The notes: generated by a model from the sequence alone, not told the origin. Positions 21,301-30,195 are shown, numbered from the stretch's first letter. The stretch: DNA of 64,000 nt from Minisyncoccota bacterium (GCA_965222235.1 OZ244939.1:184585-248584), one strand, 5' to 3'. Made by a program: numbers and translations.

Positions 21301-21566
21301 TGTACCTTGAAAGGCGCGGTGTAACTGGCGAACTTCTCTTTCACCTCCTGCACTGACACGCGGGGTTCCTCCATTTTGCAGGATTTGAAGTGTATGTAAA
21401 AGCGTTCGTTTGAATCAACAATCGGGAAAAACTCCTGAAACAGCTTCTGGAGATCTGTTTTCAAAAACGTATCGTACGACTTTTTTTGGAACGACAGTAT
21501 GTTCCCCGGTGCCAGGGGCGACATACGATAACTCGAAAAAGTTTTTTGTGGCCGTGTTTCCTTCAT
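18342..21566 (-). CDS. rpoB: DNA-directed RNA polymerase subunit beta
   Basis: Protein of 1074 aa carrying conserved beta-subunit blocks. Immediately upstream of rpoC. Confidence 0.97.
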   Translation of the reverse strand: MKETRPQKTFSSYRMSPLAPGNILSFQKKSYDTFLKTDLQKLFQEFFPIVDSNERFYIHFKSCKMEEPRVSVQEVKEKFASYTAPFKVHLSLENKVTGVKKDEEVLFGNIPIMTPQHTFIINGIERTVISQLVRAPGVRFSSVSTGKARTFGAQIIPQKGRGIWIVFESDPSGRIFVRVDQGNRKMPITLFLRAFGPETEEAVLNLFKDDELALAAVKKTFAVDDAKIMNEVWTSFYKFLRAGSAVSAERAKQLVQTRFSPEWYDLTELGRMSFNKRFNRPTDAQALKQRILTLDDITVIIKEIVRLNNTPDAADDDIDHLGMRRVRSVGELAYEYARTGFMRMCKNTRDRMLTLDPKSLDLPTNALYMRTFQSTVYGFFNTNQLSQQLKQQNILTELDHLRTVSALGSGGVSREHASLSVRDIHHTHYGRICPIHSPEGPNIGLVLHLALYARINQYGLLECPYFKVDNGKITDEVQYFTAIEEGQYHIAGADVAVNDKTVITQDVVLVRHNGQYERVHAEMVDYVDVSTAQMFSVSSVLIPFLHNTLPVRAATGTRMQQQAVPCLHPEPPLVATGLESGFAQASGRLIYAEEAGEIVESDANHVTLKTKQGTKRYDLEVFTPAGLAHSFANHQRSVVRPGDRVKEGDVLADNASTENGQMAFGKNLRVAFLPYDGGTFEDSIIISERLVRDDVLTSTQVEEYVAEIRETKLGPDVMTADIPNVSDRKLRNLDAEGIVRVGSEVTTGDILVGKLTPRSEVQLSAEERLLQSIFGDKAKDMRDTSKVLPPGEKGKVVSVQVRNREDGHHIKTGVLKQINITVADLRSIQIGDKLANRYGNKGVISRVAPVEDMPFTNDGEPIDIILSSLGVPSRKNLGQILEMHLGLAAHSLNYQAIVPTMTSVTDEELREELKRAGYPENGRIELFDGKTGEKFASDVAIGWMYVMKLEHMVEDKVHARSTGRYSLITQQPPGGRARFGGNRLGEMEVWALLGHGSAYTLREMLTIKSDDMQGRNAAYRSIIHNEPIVQTGIPATFNVLLYHLRGLGLNVHLEIPEREGRPTPRGRRRSELTA

Positions 21567-21681
21567 TTGTCGCGTTTGACTATCGCACGCAGCACAATAA
21601 TAAACACGGACAGATGGTCAAATCCTGAGTGCCTTGTTACAGAACGCATGCTACCAAATCACTATAATTTGTCAACCCATC

Positions 21682-21707
21682 CTTAATGGTTCAATACATT
21701 TGCACAT
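21682..21707. repeat. IS481-family terminal inverted repeat, left copy (26 bp)
   Basis: Exact reverse complement of 22618-22643. Confidence 0.85.
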
Positions 21708-22597
21708 GAGTGTACCACATCTATGGGTTTCTTAAGGTCAATGCCGAAATGCGGTCTCTCATGGTTGTAATGATGGAGGTATTGGGCGTATTGTTCTCTG
21801 AGATCGTCATATTCTTTGAAAGGAGCCTTGTAGTAGATGAACTCCTCCTCATCAGTCCTGAACGATCGTTCAATGACGGCATTCTCGTTAGGACTTGATT
21901 TGTGAATATAGTGGTGTTTTGTACAGAGAGCAGTTACATGGGTATGGAATCTTTTTTGAAATTCAAGACCGTTATCCGTTTGGATGAATACTGTTCTGAA
22001 GGGTAGACGGTTCACTATTTCCGTCATAGCTGAAATGGCATTATTCTGATTCAGATCATTGTATATGACGGCATCCTTGTATCGGGAGTAAATGTCTATG
22101 ATGGCATACTCGAAACAGGTCCAGGGCAATCCTGTCAATTCAGGGGTGAGGTACTTCACATCCATCTGGAGGTAGCCGACGGTTTCAGCGTTCTTTGCGT
22201 GCATATGTACTGTATTCTGACACAAGGGACGACGATGTCGCTTCTTCTGTCGTATGTAGCCACGGGCTATCAGGAACCGTTTCACCGTACTTACTGATAC
22301 CGCTATACCGGTTTCCTCCCTGAGTTTCTCGGCACACCATCCCCGTTTCTGCCTCATTGCCGCAATGACTACTCTTTCCTCCCCGGAGAGTGCCGGTTCC
22401 CTCAGTCTCTTCGGTCTCGTGCTCTTCCGCTGCAGTCCCCGCATGACATACCGCGGTTCCCCGTAGGGATACGGTGACCGTGCCCGTCTCAGCCACCGGG
22501 ATACCGTGGTTCTGTGGATACCGAGCAGTTCAGCAGTATGCTGTATATCTCTTGTTTCTTTGTATATTTGAATGATTTTCTTGGGATGTTGTCTCAT
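21683..22597 (-). CDS. IS481-family DDE transposase (N-terminal HTH plus rve integrase core)
   Basis: N-terminal helix-turn-helix (LLGIHRTTVSRWLRR). DDE core with QTDNGLEF and HYNHERPHFGI motifs typical of IS481/IS3-superfamily integrases. A single ORF of 304 aa. Confidence 0.82.
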   Translation of the reverse strand: MRQHPKKIIQIYKETRDIQHTAELLGIHRTTVSRWLRRARSPYPYGEPRYVMRGLQRKSTRPKRLREPALSGEERVVIAAMRQKRGWCAEKLREETGIAVSVSTVKRFLIARGYIRQKKRHRRPLCQNTVHMHAKNAETVGYLQMDVKYLTPELTGLPWTCFEYAIIDIYSRYKDAVIYNDLNQNNAISAMTEIVNRLPFRTVFIQTDNGLEFQKRFHTHVTALCTKHHYIHKSSPNENAVIERSFRTDEEEFIYYKAPFKEYDDLREQYAQYLHHYNHERPHFGIDLKKPIDVVHSCANVLNH

Positions 22598-22617
22598 ACA
22601 TCTGCAGTATCGCTGCT

Positions 22618-22643
22618 ATGTGCAAATGTATTGAACCATTAAG
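22618..22643. repeat. IS481-family terminal inverted repeat, right copy (26 bp)
   Basis: Exact reverse complement of 21682-21707. Lies about 20 bp upstream of the transposase ATG. Confidence 0.85.
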
Positions 22644-22793
22644 CCCATCATATACCATACACCCGAAAAGACGAACGCATCATGATGCCCACGGCACATT
22701 GTCGGAAAAAGTAATCACCAGAAGCGCTCCAATCAGCACGAACACCAGCATTGTGAACACGCGGTAATTATCCATACACCCACTATATCACAA

Positions 22794-24185
22794 TCAGGAT
22801 TGTAGATATTCACGGGGATCTAATTTCGCCTCCGTGGCGGCAACCGGCACCAGCAGACCGCGGCATCGGGCACTGGCGGAAACCTGCTCGTACGGCACCA
22901 CCCGGATACCGTTTGAATCGTACACGCCGAAGTGCAGATGCGGACCCGTGCTGAAACCGGTATTGCCGCTGTAGCCGATGAGATCGCCCATCTCAATCCG
23001 CTGTCCCAGACGCACCTTGGTAAGCGACAGGTGTGCATAGAGCGTGGTAAGACCGAAGGCATGCCTGATAAGCACCCACTTACCCCATGACTGACAGCTC
23101 GGAACAAGATCCGTGTTCCCCGTACCGATAATGATACCCGCAGCGCTTGACAGCAGTTCCGTCCCTGACGGCAGGGCGAAGTCAATTCCGTCGTGGAACG
23201 GCCTGCCGTATCGCCGCGCGTTCGCCTTGGCAAAGCTGGTTTCGCCGAAGTTCTGTGTCACCCGCGCCACAGGATTAAACGGTCGGCGCAGCAGCCCCCG
23301 CCGCGGTTCCGGCACCGCGTCAGGATCATACAGATATTCAATCCGCGACTCATATTCATATATCTCCTGCTGCAGTTCCAGCCGCTCCTCCTGCTTATCC
23401 CGCAGTAGCTTCTGATACACCGCTTCATCATTTTTAGTCCTATCAACCAGCCGCTGCTTCGCCACAATTGAGAACTTGTATATTTTCTTTCTGTCCTCGA
23501 GCGCGCGTTGTTCCCGCGTCAGTGTAATCTGCTCATCAGCGACTTCGCCTTTATTCTCCTCCAGATACTTCGTCTCCTGTTCAAGCAACTGCAGCTGATT
23601 CCGCAATGATGTGGAATACCGCTCCAGCTCCTCAAGCGAGCGGAGTACTTCAAAGAGCGACGGATTCAGAAAAATTGACATCTCACTGTCCTGCAGCTCA
23701 AATTCATTCGCCCGCTGATAGTTGTTGACAAGAATGCGGTGGAGCGTTTCAATATTCCCCTCGTTCGTGCCGATTGAGCTGTCAAGCGATGTGACCCGAA
23801 GTTTCCCCTGCTGTATGCGCCCCTCCGTCACCCGAATTTGCGCCTCATTCCTTCTGTTCGTCAGCGACAGACTCTCCAGCTCGGACTCCAGGGTATCCTT
23901 CTTCTTGTATATCTCGCGCAGATCCTCGTTGATGCTGTCAATTTCCTCCTCCGTTTGTCTGATGTGATTCTCCCGTTTGTCCAGCTCCTGTTTCAGATTC
24001 GCAATCTCGGGATTTTCACGCACAAGAACAACACCGCTATCAAGCTCCGATCCGTTCTGCGTCGGCACATACGCCCCCTCCTGCTCGGAAGGGCGTACCA
24101 GCGTCTCCTGCGCAAAGACACCGAAGACCGAAACGGCGATACACAGCCATGAGAGAATATATACAGCATAGATGGATACGCGCAT
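22794..24185 (-). CDS. M23-family peptidoglycan metalloendopeptidase with an N-terminal coiled-coil region (EnvC/LytM-like)
   Basis: Signal/TM segment, then about 250 aa of heptad-rich coiled coil. The C-terminal M23 domain has intact HxxxD (HDGIDF) and HxH (GPHLHF) zinc motifs. Confidence 0.8.
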   Translation of the reverse strand: MRVSIYAVYILSWLCIAVSVFGVFAQETLVRPSEQEGAYVPTQNGSELDSGVVLVRENPEIANLKQELDKRENHIRQTEEEIDSINEDLREIYKKKDTLESELESLSLTNRRNEAQIRVTEGRIQQGKLRVTSLDSSIGTNEGNIETLHRILVNNYQRANEFELQDSEMSIFLNPSLFEVLRSLEELERYSTSLRNQLQLLEQETKYLEENKGEVADEQITLTREQRALEDRKKIYKFSIVAKQRLVDRTKNDEAVYQKLLRDKQEERLELQQEIYEYESRIEYLYDPDAVPEPRRGLLRRPFNPVARVTQNFGETSFAKANARRYGRPFHDGIDFALPSGTELLSSAAGIIIGTGNTDLVPSCQSWGKWVLIRHAFGLTTLYAHLSLTKVRLGQRIEMGDLIGYSGNTGFSTGPHLHFGVYDSNGIRVVPYEQVSASARCRGLLVPVAATEAKLDPREYLQS

Positions 24186-24193
24186 ACCTTAGT

Positions 24194-25570
24194 TTATATA
24201 ATACCGCTCTTTTTTCCGCCGAGCACGGCAATCGCACGCGTAATCCGTGAGAGCGTCCGTGTCCGACCGAGCGCAGCCGCGATAAAAAAGGAATCGGGGC
24301 TCTGTTCCCTGCCGGAGAGCGCAACGCGCAGCGGCCAGAGCACCGCCGAGCGTCCCTGTTTCTCGGCATGGCTCCACACCGCGTCGCGAATCGCTTCGGC
24401 ATACCACTGCCGGTATGCGCCGAGCGCGCTCAAAAGATCATGGGTTGTCTCAAGCCCCCGCAGCACCGCCACGCGGTCAACCGCTTTCGGGATAAGCAAA
24501 TCAGCCGGGTACACCGGAGTGATAAACAGAAAATCATACGCTCCGTCCTTAATCGCATCACGATCCCGGGCAAGCAGCCCCCCCCGTTCGCGCACCGCGG
24601 CAAGCACCGCCCGTACCGAACGCGGATACAGCCGCGACCGCAGCGGAAACCTGCGCGTCAACTCCGGCACAATCTCCCCACGCAGCCTGGTTTCGGACAG
24701 CGAACGAATGTATTGTTTATTGAACCACTGCATCTTCTGCTCATTGAACACGGCCTCCTTTTTCTGCAGACGACCGGGATCAAACGCATCAATCAGATCA
24801 TCAAGCGTGAACAGTTCACGATCATCACCCGGCGACCAGCCGAGCAGCGCGATGGTGTTCAGTACCGCCTCGGGAAGGTACCCCCGATTTCTGAAATCCG
24901 TGACGGATGCCGCATCCTTCCGCTTGGACAGTTTGCCGCCGGACGGCGAATGAATGAGCGGGATGTGCGTATACACCGGCAGCGCCGCGCCGAGCGCCCG
25001 CAGAAGAAGTATCTGCCGCGGCGTGTTCACGATATGGTCGTCACCGCGCAGGACATGCGTAATACCCATCTCACTGTCGTCAATCGCCGTTGCAAGGTTA
25101 TAAAGCGGATCGTCAGAACCGCGGGCAATGACGAAATCCCCCAAATCAGATGTGTCAATAGTGATATCGCCGCGTACCGTGTCGGTGAACGAAACAACCG
25201 GATCACGGTTACGGAACCGGATGACCTCAACGGTATGCTCGGGATCTTTCTTTGACGGCTCACGCGACACGTACGCCCGGTCAGATTCAAGAAGGTGTCT
25301 GATATGCCGCTCATAGATCCGCCGCCGCGCCGACTGCCGGACAACGGCGTCCGGACGGATACCGAGCCAGTACAGGGAAAACAGTATCTCCTGTTCATGC
25401 CGTCGTTCGCTCCGCTCCCGGTCGGTGTCGTCAAACCGGACGATATATGTGCCGTTATGCTGTTTCGCGAATACATAGTTAAACAGCGCGGTACGCGCGG
25501 TGCCGACATGAAATGAGCCGGTCGGAGACGGTGCGACGCGGGTAACGATACGGGGTGCGGAACTGTTCAT
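24194..25570 (-). CDS. gltX: glutamyl-tRNA synthetase
   Basis: Class I signature PSPTGSFHVGTART and a KMSKS-type KLSKRK motif. Confidence 0.9.
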   Translation of the reverse strand: MNSSAPRIVTRVAPSPTGSFHVGTARTALFNYVFAKQHNGTYIVRFDDTDRERSERRHEQEILFSLYWLGIRPDAVVRQSARRRIYERHIRHLLESDRAYVSREPSKKDPEHTVEVIRFRNRDPVVSFTDTVRGDITIDTSDLGDFVIARGSDDPLYNLATAIDDSEMGITHVLRGDDHIVNTPRQILLLRALGAALPVYTHIPLIHSPSGGKLSKRKDAASVTDFRNRGYLPEAVLNTIALLGWSPGDDRELFTLDDLIDAFDPGRLQKKEAVFNEQKMQWFNKQYIRSLSETRLRGEIVPELTRRFPLRSRLYPRSVRAVLAAVRERGGLLARDRDAIKDGAYDFLFITPVYPADLLIPKAVDRVAVLRGLETTHDLLSALGAYRQWYAEAIRDAVWSHAEKQGRSAVLWPLRVALSGREQSPDSFFIAAALGRTRTLSRITRAIAVLGGKKSGII

Positions 25571-25573
25571 ATG

Positions 25574-26731
25574 CTATGCCTCATGGGATTTAAGAATATC
25601 GGCGAGTGTGCGCGCCACCTTTTTTGCCGCATCGGGCTTTGCGAACTCCTTCGCCTTCTGTGAGAGCTGATCGCGCATCGCGGAATTGTCAAGCACCGCG
25701 TTAATCTGCGAAACCAGCAGATGCGGCGAGAGGTTCTGCTCTTCAATGACAATGCCTGCCGCGGACCGGGCATAGGCATAGGCGTTCTTTTTCTGATCAT
25801 GCGACACCTCCTCGCGGATGGGGATGACAATAGCGGGGATACCCCACGCCGCTATCTCAAACAGCGTTCCCGAACCGGCGCGGGTGATGATGATATCTGC
25901 GACAGAATACAGAACACGCATATAGTAGGCGTTCAGAAAAGAGAGCGGGCGGTAGATATGCGCTCCTTCAAACATACGCAGGTAGCTCTCCGTCTCATGC
26001 TCAATATCCTTAATGTTCCGCTTACCCGTCTGATGCACCACCTGATACTGCTTCAGCAGATTCGGCAGCGCGTCCACCACATTGTCGTTAATATATGTCG
26101 CGCCGGATGATCCTCCCAGCACCACGACCGTCGGCACATTCGGATCCAATTTCAGCAGATCATGCGCTTCAGGATTCGGATTATACAGCACTTCCCGCCG
26201 GAGCGGCACGCCGATGAGGGCGGTGCGCTGCCGCTCTTTTTCTTTCAGTTCCTGCTCCGCCTCGGGGTACGCGACGGCGATATACTTCGCGAACGACGCC
26301 GACCACTTCGTCACTCTGCCGAGCGCGGCGTCGGATTCGTGAATGACCACGGGAATGCGCAGCAGGCGGGCGGCGAAAAGCACCGGAAAGCTCGCGTACC
26401 CGCCTTTGCTGAACACCGCATCGGGAAAGATAAGGTAGAGATTGACCGTCGCCTTGAATATGCCGAAGACAATCGGAAAAAAAGCGAACAGGTTTCTGAT
26501 CCGCGACCCGATATCCCGGGTTCGGCGTATCTTGCCGGCGGAACAGTACACATACCGCATGCCCGCATTGTAGAGCGCCTTCTCGTCATACTTTCCCGGC
26601 CCGAAATAATATTTTTTGGGCTGAATCAGCTGATGCTCCTGGGCATAAGTGTCAATTTCCTGCGCTACGGCTATGAGAGGATAAAAATGGCCGCCGGTAC
26701 CGCCGCCGGTAAAGACTACTTTCATATGCAT
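25574..26731 (-). CDS. murG: UDP-N-acetylglucosamine--N-acetylmuramyl-(pentapeptide) pyrophosphoryl-undecaprenol N-acetylglucosamine transferase
   Basis: N-terminal GGTGGH motif and a GT-B fold glycosyltransferase of about 380 aa. Confidence 0.88.
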   Translation of the reverse strand: MHMKVVFTGGGTGGHFYPLIAVAQEIDTYAQEHQLIQPKKYYFGPGKYDEKALYNAGMRYVYCSAGKIRRTRDIGSRIRNLFAFFPIVFGIFKATVNLYLIFPDAVFSKGGYASFPVLFAARLLRIPVVIHESDAALGRVTKWSASFAKYIAVAYPEAEQELKEKERQRTALIGVPLRREVLYNPNPEAHDLLKLDPNVPTVVVLGGSSGATYINDNVVDALPNLLKQYQVVHQTGKRNIKDIEHETESYLRMFEGAHIYRPLSFLNAYYMRVLYSVADIIITRAGSGTLFEIAAWGIPAIVIPIREEVSHDQKKNAYAYARSAAGIVIEEQNLSPHLLVSQINAVLDNSAMRDQLSQKAKEFAKPDAAKKVARTLADILKSHEA

Positions 26732-26782
26732 ACAGTATATACCATCCGCCGAACGGCACGTTTCATGGTTACACCGAAACCC

Positions 26783-28423
26783 CTATCCCCGCAGCTGCCG
26801 CAGAATCCGGAATATCTGCTTCCGCACAATATTACACTCTTCATTCGCAACGTGACACAGTATCCCGTACCACAACAGAAAACCGACCAGTGTCATGCAG
26901 GCGAGCGCAATCATGCCGTCAAAGGTGTTGTACGCCACATCAGCGAAAAACAGGTTCTTCGTGATAATGATTCCCGCGGCGAGTATAACGGCGGCAACGG
27001 TATGCTGCACCAGCGAACTCAGTATTGAAACGGAATTGCACCCGACGGTTCGCACGAGTATCCTGAACAGCACCAGCGCGGCGATGGTTTCAAGAAAGAC
27101 AATTGTTATAACCGTCGCAAACAGCATGCCGAACCCGCCGGAAGTCAGTCCGGTATACTCAAGTATCACGAGCAGCGGTTCACGATGCGTTTTGAGAAAA
27201 GCGGTCACGCCGTACACACCGGCGACCTCGGCAACAGCAAGGGAGAAGAACACGAGAAAAGGCAGCAATGATTTTCCGTAGGCATACATAGCGCGGGCGC
27301 AGAGCACCAACACGCTCATGGTAAGGGCACTGAATACAAATATACCGAGAATGGTCGCGGTGATGATGGTGGTCTCCGGCGTGAACAGTCCGGACTCAAA
27401 AAAGAAACTAATCAACGGCTCACGGAGCGCGAAGATATAGGCGATAAGAGGGAGAATGAAGAAAAAGAGGCGACGGAATGATGATTCCAGCACGTCACGA
27501 AACCGCCCCATGTTATGTTCAGTAACATAATTGACCAGTATCGGGAATGTCGCGACCGAATAGGCGGTGCCGACGATAACCAGCGGCACCGCCTTCAGAT
27601 TGTCGGCGAAATAGTACACGCTGAGCACCCCTTCGGAGATGGAGACAATGAGACCGAAAATAATAATATTCGCCACACCGATTGAGAGCAGTGCGGATGC
27701 CCGCGGCACCGACATCTTGACGGCGTGCCAGGTTTCAATCATCATGCTCCGTGTCGGCACCGGCACCGGAACAATACCGTCGCGAATAATAATAGGCAGC
27801 TGTATACCAACGCTCATAACTATACCGATGAGTACGCCGAGTGCCAGACCGATTGAACCGTAGGCAGGATAGAGAACGATAACACCGAATATAATACCGA
27901 CATTGTAGATAATCGGGAGAAGCGAGTAGAGAAAAAATTTCCGCTTCAGCTGCAGCAGCGCGGTGAAAAAACTTGACACGGCAAAAAGGAACGCCTGTAT
28001 AATAAATACACGGCTGAACAGCACGAATGTCTCAAATGCTTCCGGCGAAAAACTGGAAAAGAAGTACGCGGCGATAGTCGGCATTGCCATGAAGAGCACT
28101 GCGGCACCGAGAACGAGAAAAATAAGAAGGAGGCAGAAGGTGGTGTTGATAAATTCCCGCAGCTCCCGTCGGCCCTGTTTTTGTTTTTTCTCAAACATGG
28201 GGAGTAACGCATAGACTGAGATAAAGGCGGTAGTGGCAATAAATAGCAGGTCAGGTATGCGAAAACTGGCGATATAGACATCAAGCATCTCGGTCGCGCC
28301 GAAATGATGTGCAAAGATTCTGTCCCTGAGGAATGAAATAACATACCCGAATATACTGACTGTTCCGAGAATGTACGCTATGGTATGTACATTGGTGTGC
28401 GACCTGCCTAATATCTTCCACAT
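26783..28423 (-). CDS. murJ: lipid II flippase MurJ (MviN family)
   Basis: Polytopic membrane protein of 546 aa with a MurJ-like N-terminus (ASFRIPDLLF, GATEMLDVY). Adjacent to murG. Confidence 0.82.
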   Translation of the reverse strand: MWKILGRSHTNVHTIAYILGTVSIFGYVISFLRDRIFAHHFGATEMLDVYIASFRIPDLLFIATTAFISVYALLPMFEKKQKQGRRELREFINTTFCLLLIFLVLGAAVLFMAMPTIAAYFFSSFSPEAFETFVLFSRVFIIQAFLFAVSSFFTALLQLKRKFFLYSLLPIIYNVGIIFGVIVLYPAYGSIGLALGVLIGIVMSVGIQLPIIIRDGIVPVPVPTRSMMIETWHAVKMSVPRASALLSIGVANIIIFGLIVSISEGVLSVYYFADNLKAVPLVIVGTAYSVATFPILVNYVTEHNMGRFRDVLESSFRRLFFFILPLIAYIFALREPLISFFFESGLFTPETTIITATILGIFVFSALTMSVLVLCARAMYAYGKSLLPFLVFFSLAVAEVAGVYGVTAFLKTHREPLLVILEYTGLTSGGFGMLFATVITIVFLETIAALVLFRILVRTVGCNSVSILSSLVQHTVAAVILAAGIIITKNLFFADVAYNTFDGMIALACMTLVGFLLWYGILCHVANEECNIVRKQIFRILRQLRG

Positions 28424-28534
28424 AGTTTAGTAACCGTCACAGTGTACCATCATATCCGCAGCCTGGTACCTGCTGTTAATTAAAGCGGCATGTCGGCACG
28501 AAAAAAGACACCGCAAGGCGCCTTTTTTCATGTA

Positions 28535-28870
28535 ACCCGAGGTATAAGCCGGATTCTGTATCTGCAAAGCAGACGGTAATCATTTATCTTGAGATGCTGT
28601 TACCAGCACCTTCAATGCGGCACTCCGCATAACGCGGCACGGCCTTGCACCCAGGTAGGAATTTAGCCGTTTCACTGCTGCGTCGCCGCAGCATTTGCCT
28701 CAGAGAGGCACTCTCGCCTTTCGGTCTGAGCGTCACTGTTCGCATCCCTCGCCTTTCGGCGGACGGGCGTTACCCGCTACCCTGCTCCGTGAAACACGGG
28801 GGTGTCCGGACTTTCCTCCCGCAGAACATATATTCCGCGGGCGATTACCCGCTCGGGTGTGCGCAGTATA
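28535..28870 (-). ncRNA. rnpB: RNase P RNA, bacterial type A
   Basis: The minus strand contains the universally conserved P4 strands GGAGGAAAGUCCGGAC (plus coordinates 28806-28816) and ACAGAAUCCGGCUUA (plus 28555-28569). A P3 hairpin GCGGGUAAUCGCCCGC and a P2 pairing ACCCGAG/CUCGGGU are also present. An A6/T6-flanked hairpin follows the 3' end. The end coordinates are approximate. Confidence 0.78.
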
Positions 28871-28906
28871 CACCACTGCACCCTGTATACACAACAACGA
28901 ACGCCC

Positions 28907-29608
28907 CTATGCCGTAACAAGCGCGCCGGTATACTCAACCAGCAGTGCCTGCAGCTTCGTCAACATCCGATCTATCTCAGCCCGAATATCGACGGCGGTA
29001 CGTTTCCGGGGCTGCTTCTGCTCCTGGGAATGATCGGAATCCCGCGACTGTCCGAATGCAACATGCTTCTTCTCCGGTGTCGTGGACGCGGTCTGCTTGG
29101 TTTCCTCTCCCCAGTGCCAGGTCGGCGCGCGCACCTCTCCGCGGCGGTGAGCGTTTGAGCTTCCTCCTGCGTCATCTCTCAGCTTCCGAAGGTCGCGACG
29201 GAAATCCTGAATAATATCGTCAATATATCTGCGCAGATCGTCCGCACGATCGCTCACCTCGGCGCGGCAGTCCTCATACTGTGAACGGTCGCGCAGATCA
29301 CGAAAACTATCATACCGCCGATCACCCTCCCGATCCGCATCGTCAATGTCACTGTCCAGACCCCGCAGCGCGGCGTCAACCGCCGAACTGCTTCCTCCAC
29401 GACGGATTTCATCGCGAATATCACGAACGGTGTCTGTAATATCCAGATCATCAACCTCATCATCAAAATCAGCAACCGCATTGTCATACTTCCGCTCAAT
29501 GCTCCGATCATCGGACCTGCTGCAGGAAGCCGCATGCACCGGCACTGCTGCCACAAACAGTGCGGCGATGAACAAAACGGCGGCGGCGTGAAAACGGATT
29601 GATACCAT
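28907..29608 (-). CDS. hypothetical secreted protein, Asp/Arg-rich low-complexity
   Basis: Start taken at MVSIRFHAAAVLFIAALFVAAVPVHAASC, a signal peptide. The remainder is a highly charged D/R-rich sequence with no recognisable domain. The ORF track extends to 29773. Confidence 0.4.
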   Translation of the reverse strand: MVSIRFHAAAVLFIAALFVAAVPVHAASCSRSDDRSIERKYDNAVADFDDEVDDLDITDTVRDIRDEIRRGGSSSAVDAALRGLDSDIDDADREGDRRYDSFRDLRDRSQYEDCRAEVSDRADDLRRYIDDIIQDFRRDLRKLRDDAGGSSNAHRRGEVRAPTWHWGEETKQTASTTPEKKHVAFGQSRDSDHSQEQKQPRKRTAVDIRAEIDRMLTKLQALLVEYTGALVTA

Positions 29609-29694
29609 ATATGTATAGAGAATACCATATAGCGGAGCGGTCAGGGCATTTCGGTGTAAAAAGATGGCAGCGGAAGGGTGGTATAGTACTATCC

Positions 29695-30195
29695 ATGAAA
29701 TACCTTGCAGGAGAGCAATTGCGGGAGGCAATGCGCTTCCTGTCTGAGGCGGAACAGATGGCGCGACAATCAACCTGCCTTCGGCGGCGGTGCGGTGCGG
29801 TCATTGTCTCAGACGGACAGGTTGTCGGCGCGGGATACAACAGCCCGGCGGGCGGAGAACGGCACCGGTGCACCGTTGAGAAACGGACATATGATGCTAA
29901 AGTGACGGACAAAACATGCTGTATGCACGCAGAACAGCGCGCTGTTCTGGATGCGCTCCGGCGGCATCCGGATTACATCGCCGGATCAACCATCTTTTTT
30001 GTTTCCGTTGATGTAAACGGTATCAGAGAGTTCGCCGGCGAGCCGTACTGCACCGTCTGCAGCAAACTATGTGTGGATACCGGCATAGCGTTCTTTATAC
30101 TCGCGCATGAGCGCGGTGTCTGCTCATACCCCGCCGCACGATACAATACTCTTTCATATCATTACTCTCCGGCCGCCGATACATCACACGGATGA
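29695..30195 (+). CDS. cytidine/deoxycytidylate deaminase family zinc enzyme (dCMP deaminase/ComEB-like)
   Basis: The HAE...PCxxC zinc-binding signature is present (CMHAEQRAV ... PYCTVCSKL). Start chosen at MKYLAGEQ. Confidence 0.65.
   Translation: MKYLAGEQLREAMRFLSEAEQMARQSTCLRRRCGAVIVSDGQVVGAGYNSPAGGERHRCTVEKRTYDAKVTDKTCCMHAEQRAVLDALRRHPDYIAGSTIFFVSVDVNGIREFAGEPYCTVCSKLCVDTGIAFFILAHERGVCSYPAARYNTLSYHYSPAADTSHG

Larger units (their letters stand above)
21682..22643 (-). mobile_element. IS481-family insertion sequence, apparently intact: single transposase ORF, 26-bp perfect terminal inverted repeats and a 6-bp target-site duplication CCCATC
   Basis: Read directly from the sequence. The left inverted repeat at 21682-21707 (cttaatggttcaatacatttgcacat) is the exact reverse complement of the right one at 22618-22643. 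The direct repeat cccatc flanks the element at 21676-21681 and 22644-22649. The transposase stop codon lies inside the left inverted repeat. Confidence 0.82.

Noticed and set aside
1-21566. Numerous antisense or overlapping ORFs of 60-290 aa inside rpoB, rpoC, gltX, murG, secD and other long genes
   Set aside because: They lie opposite long, well-supported conserved genes in a GC-rich genome where stop-free antisense frames are expected. None has recognisable protein features.
22680-22775. A 31-aa hydrophobic minus-strand ORF (MDNYRVFTMLVFVLIGALLVITFSDNVPWAS) between the IS right end and the M23 peptidase gene
   Set aside because: It could be a small membrane peptide. It has no start context or conservation evidence and lies in a region likely reshaped by the IS insertion. 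It is too weak to call.
28491-28537. The A6...T6-flanked element downstream of rnpB as a defined intrinsic terminator
   Set aside because: The central stem is imperfect (GGCGCC/GGTGTC are not complementary; only the AAGGCGCCTT palindrome pairs). It is plausible, but I could not fold a convincing GC-rich hairpin by eye.
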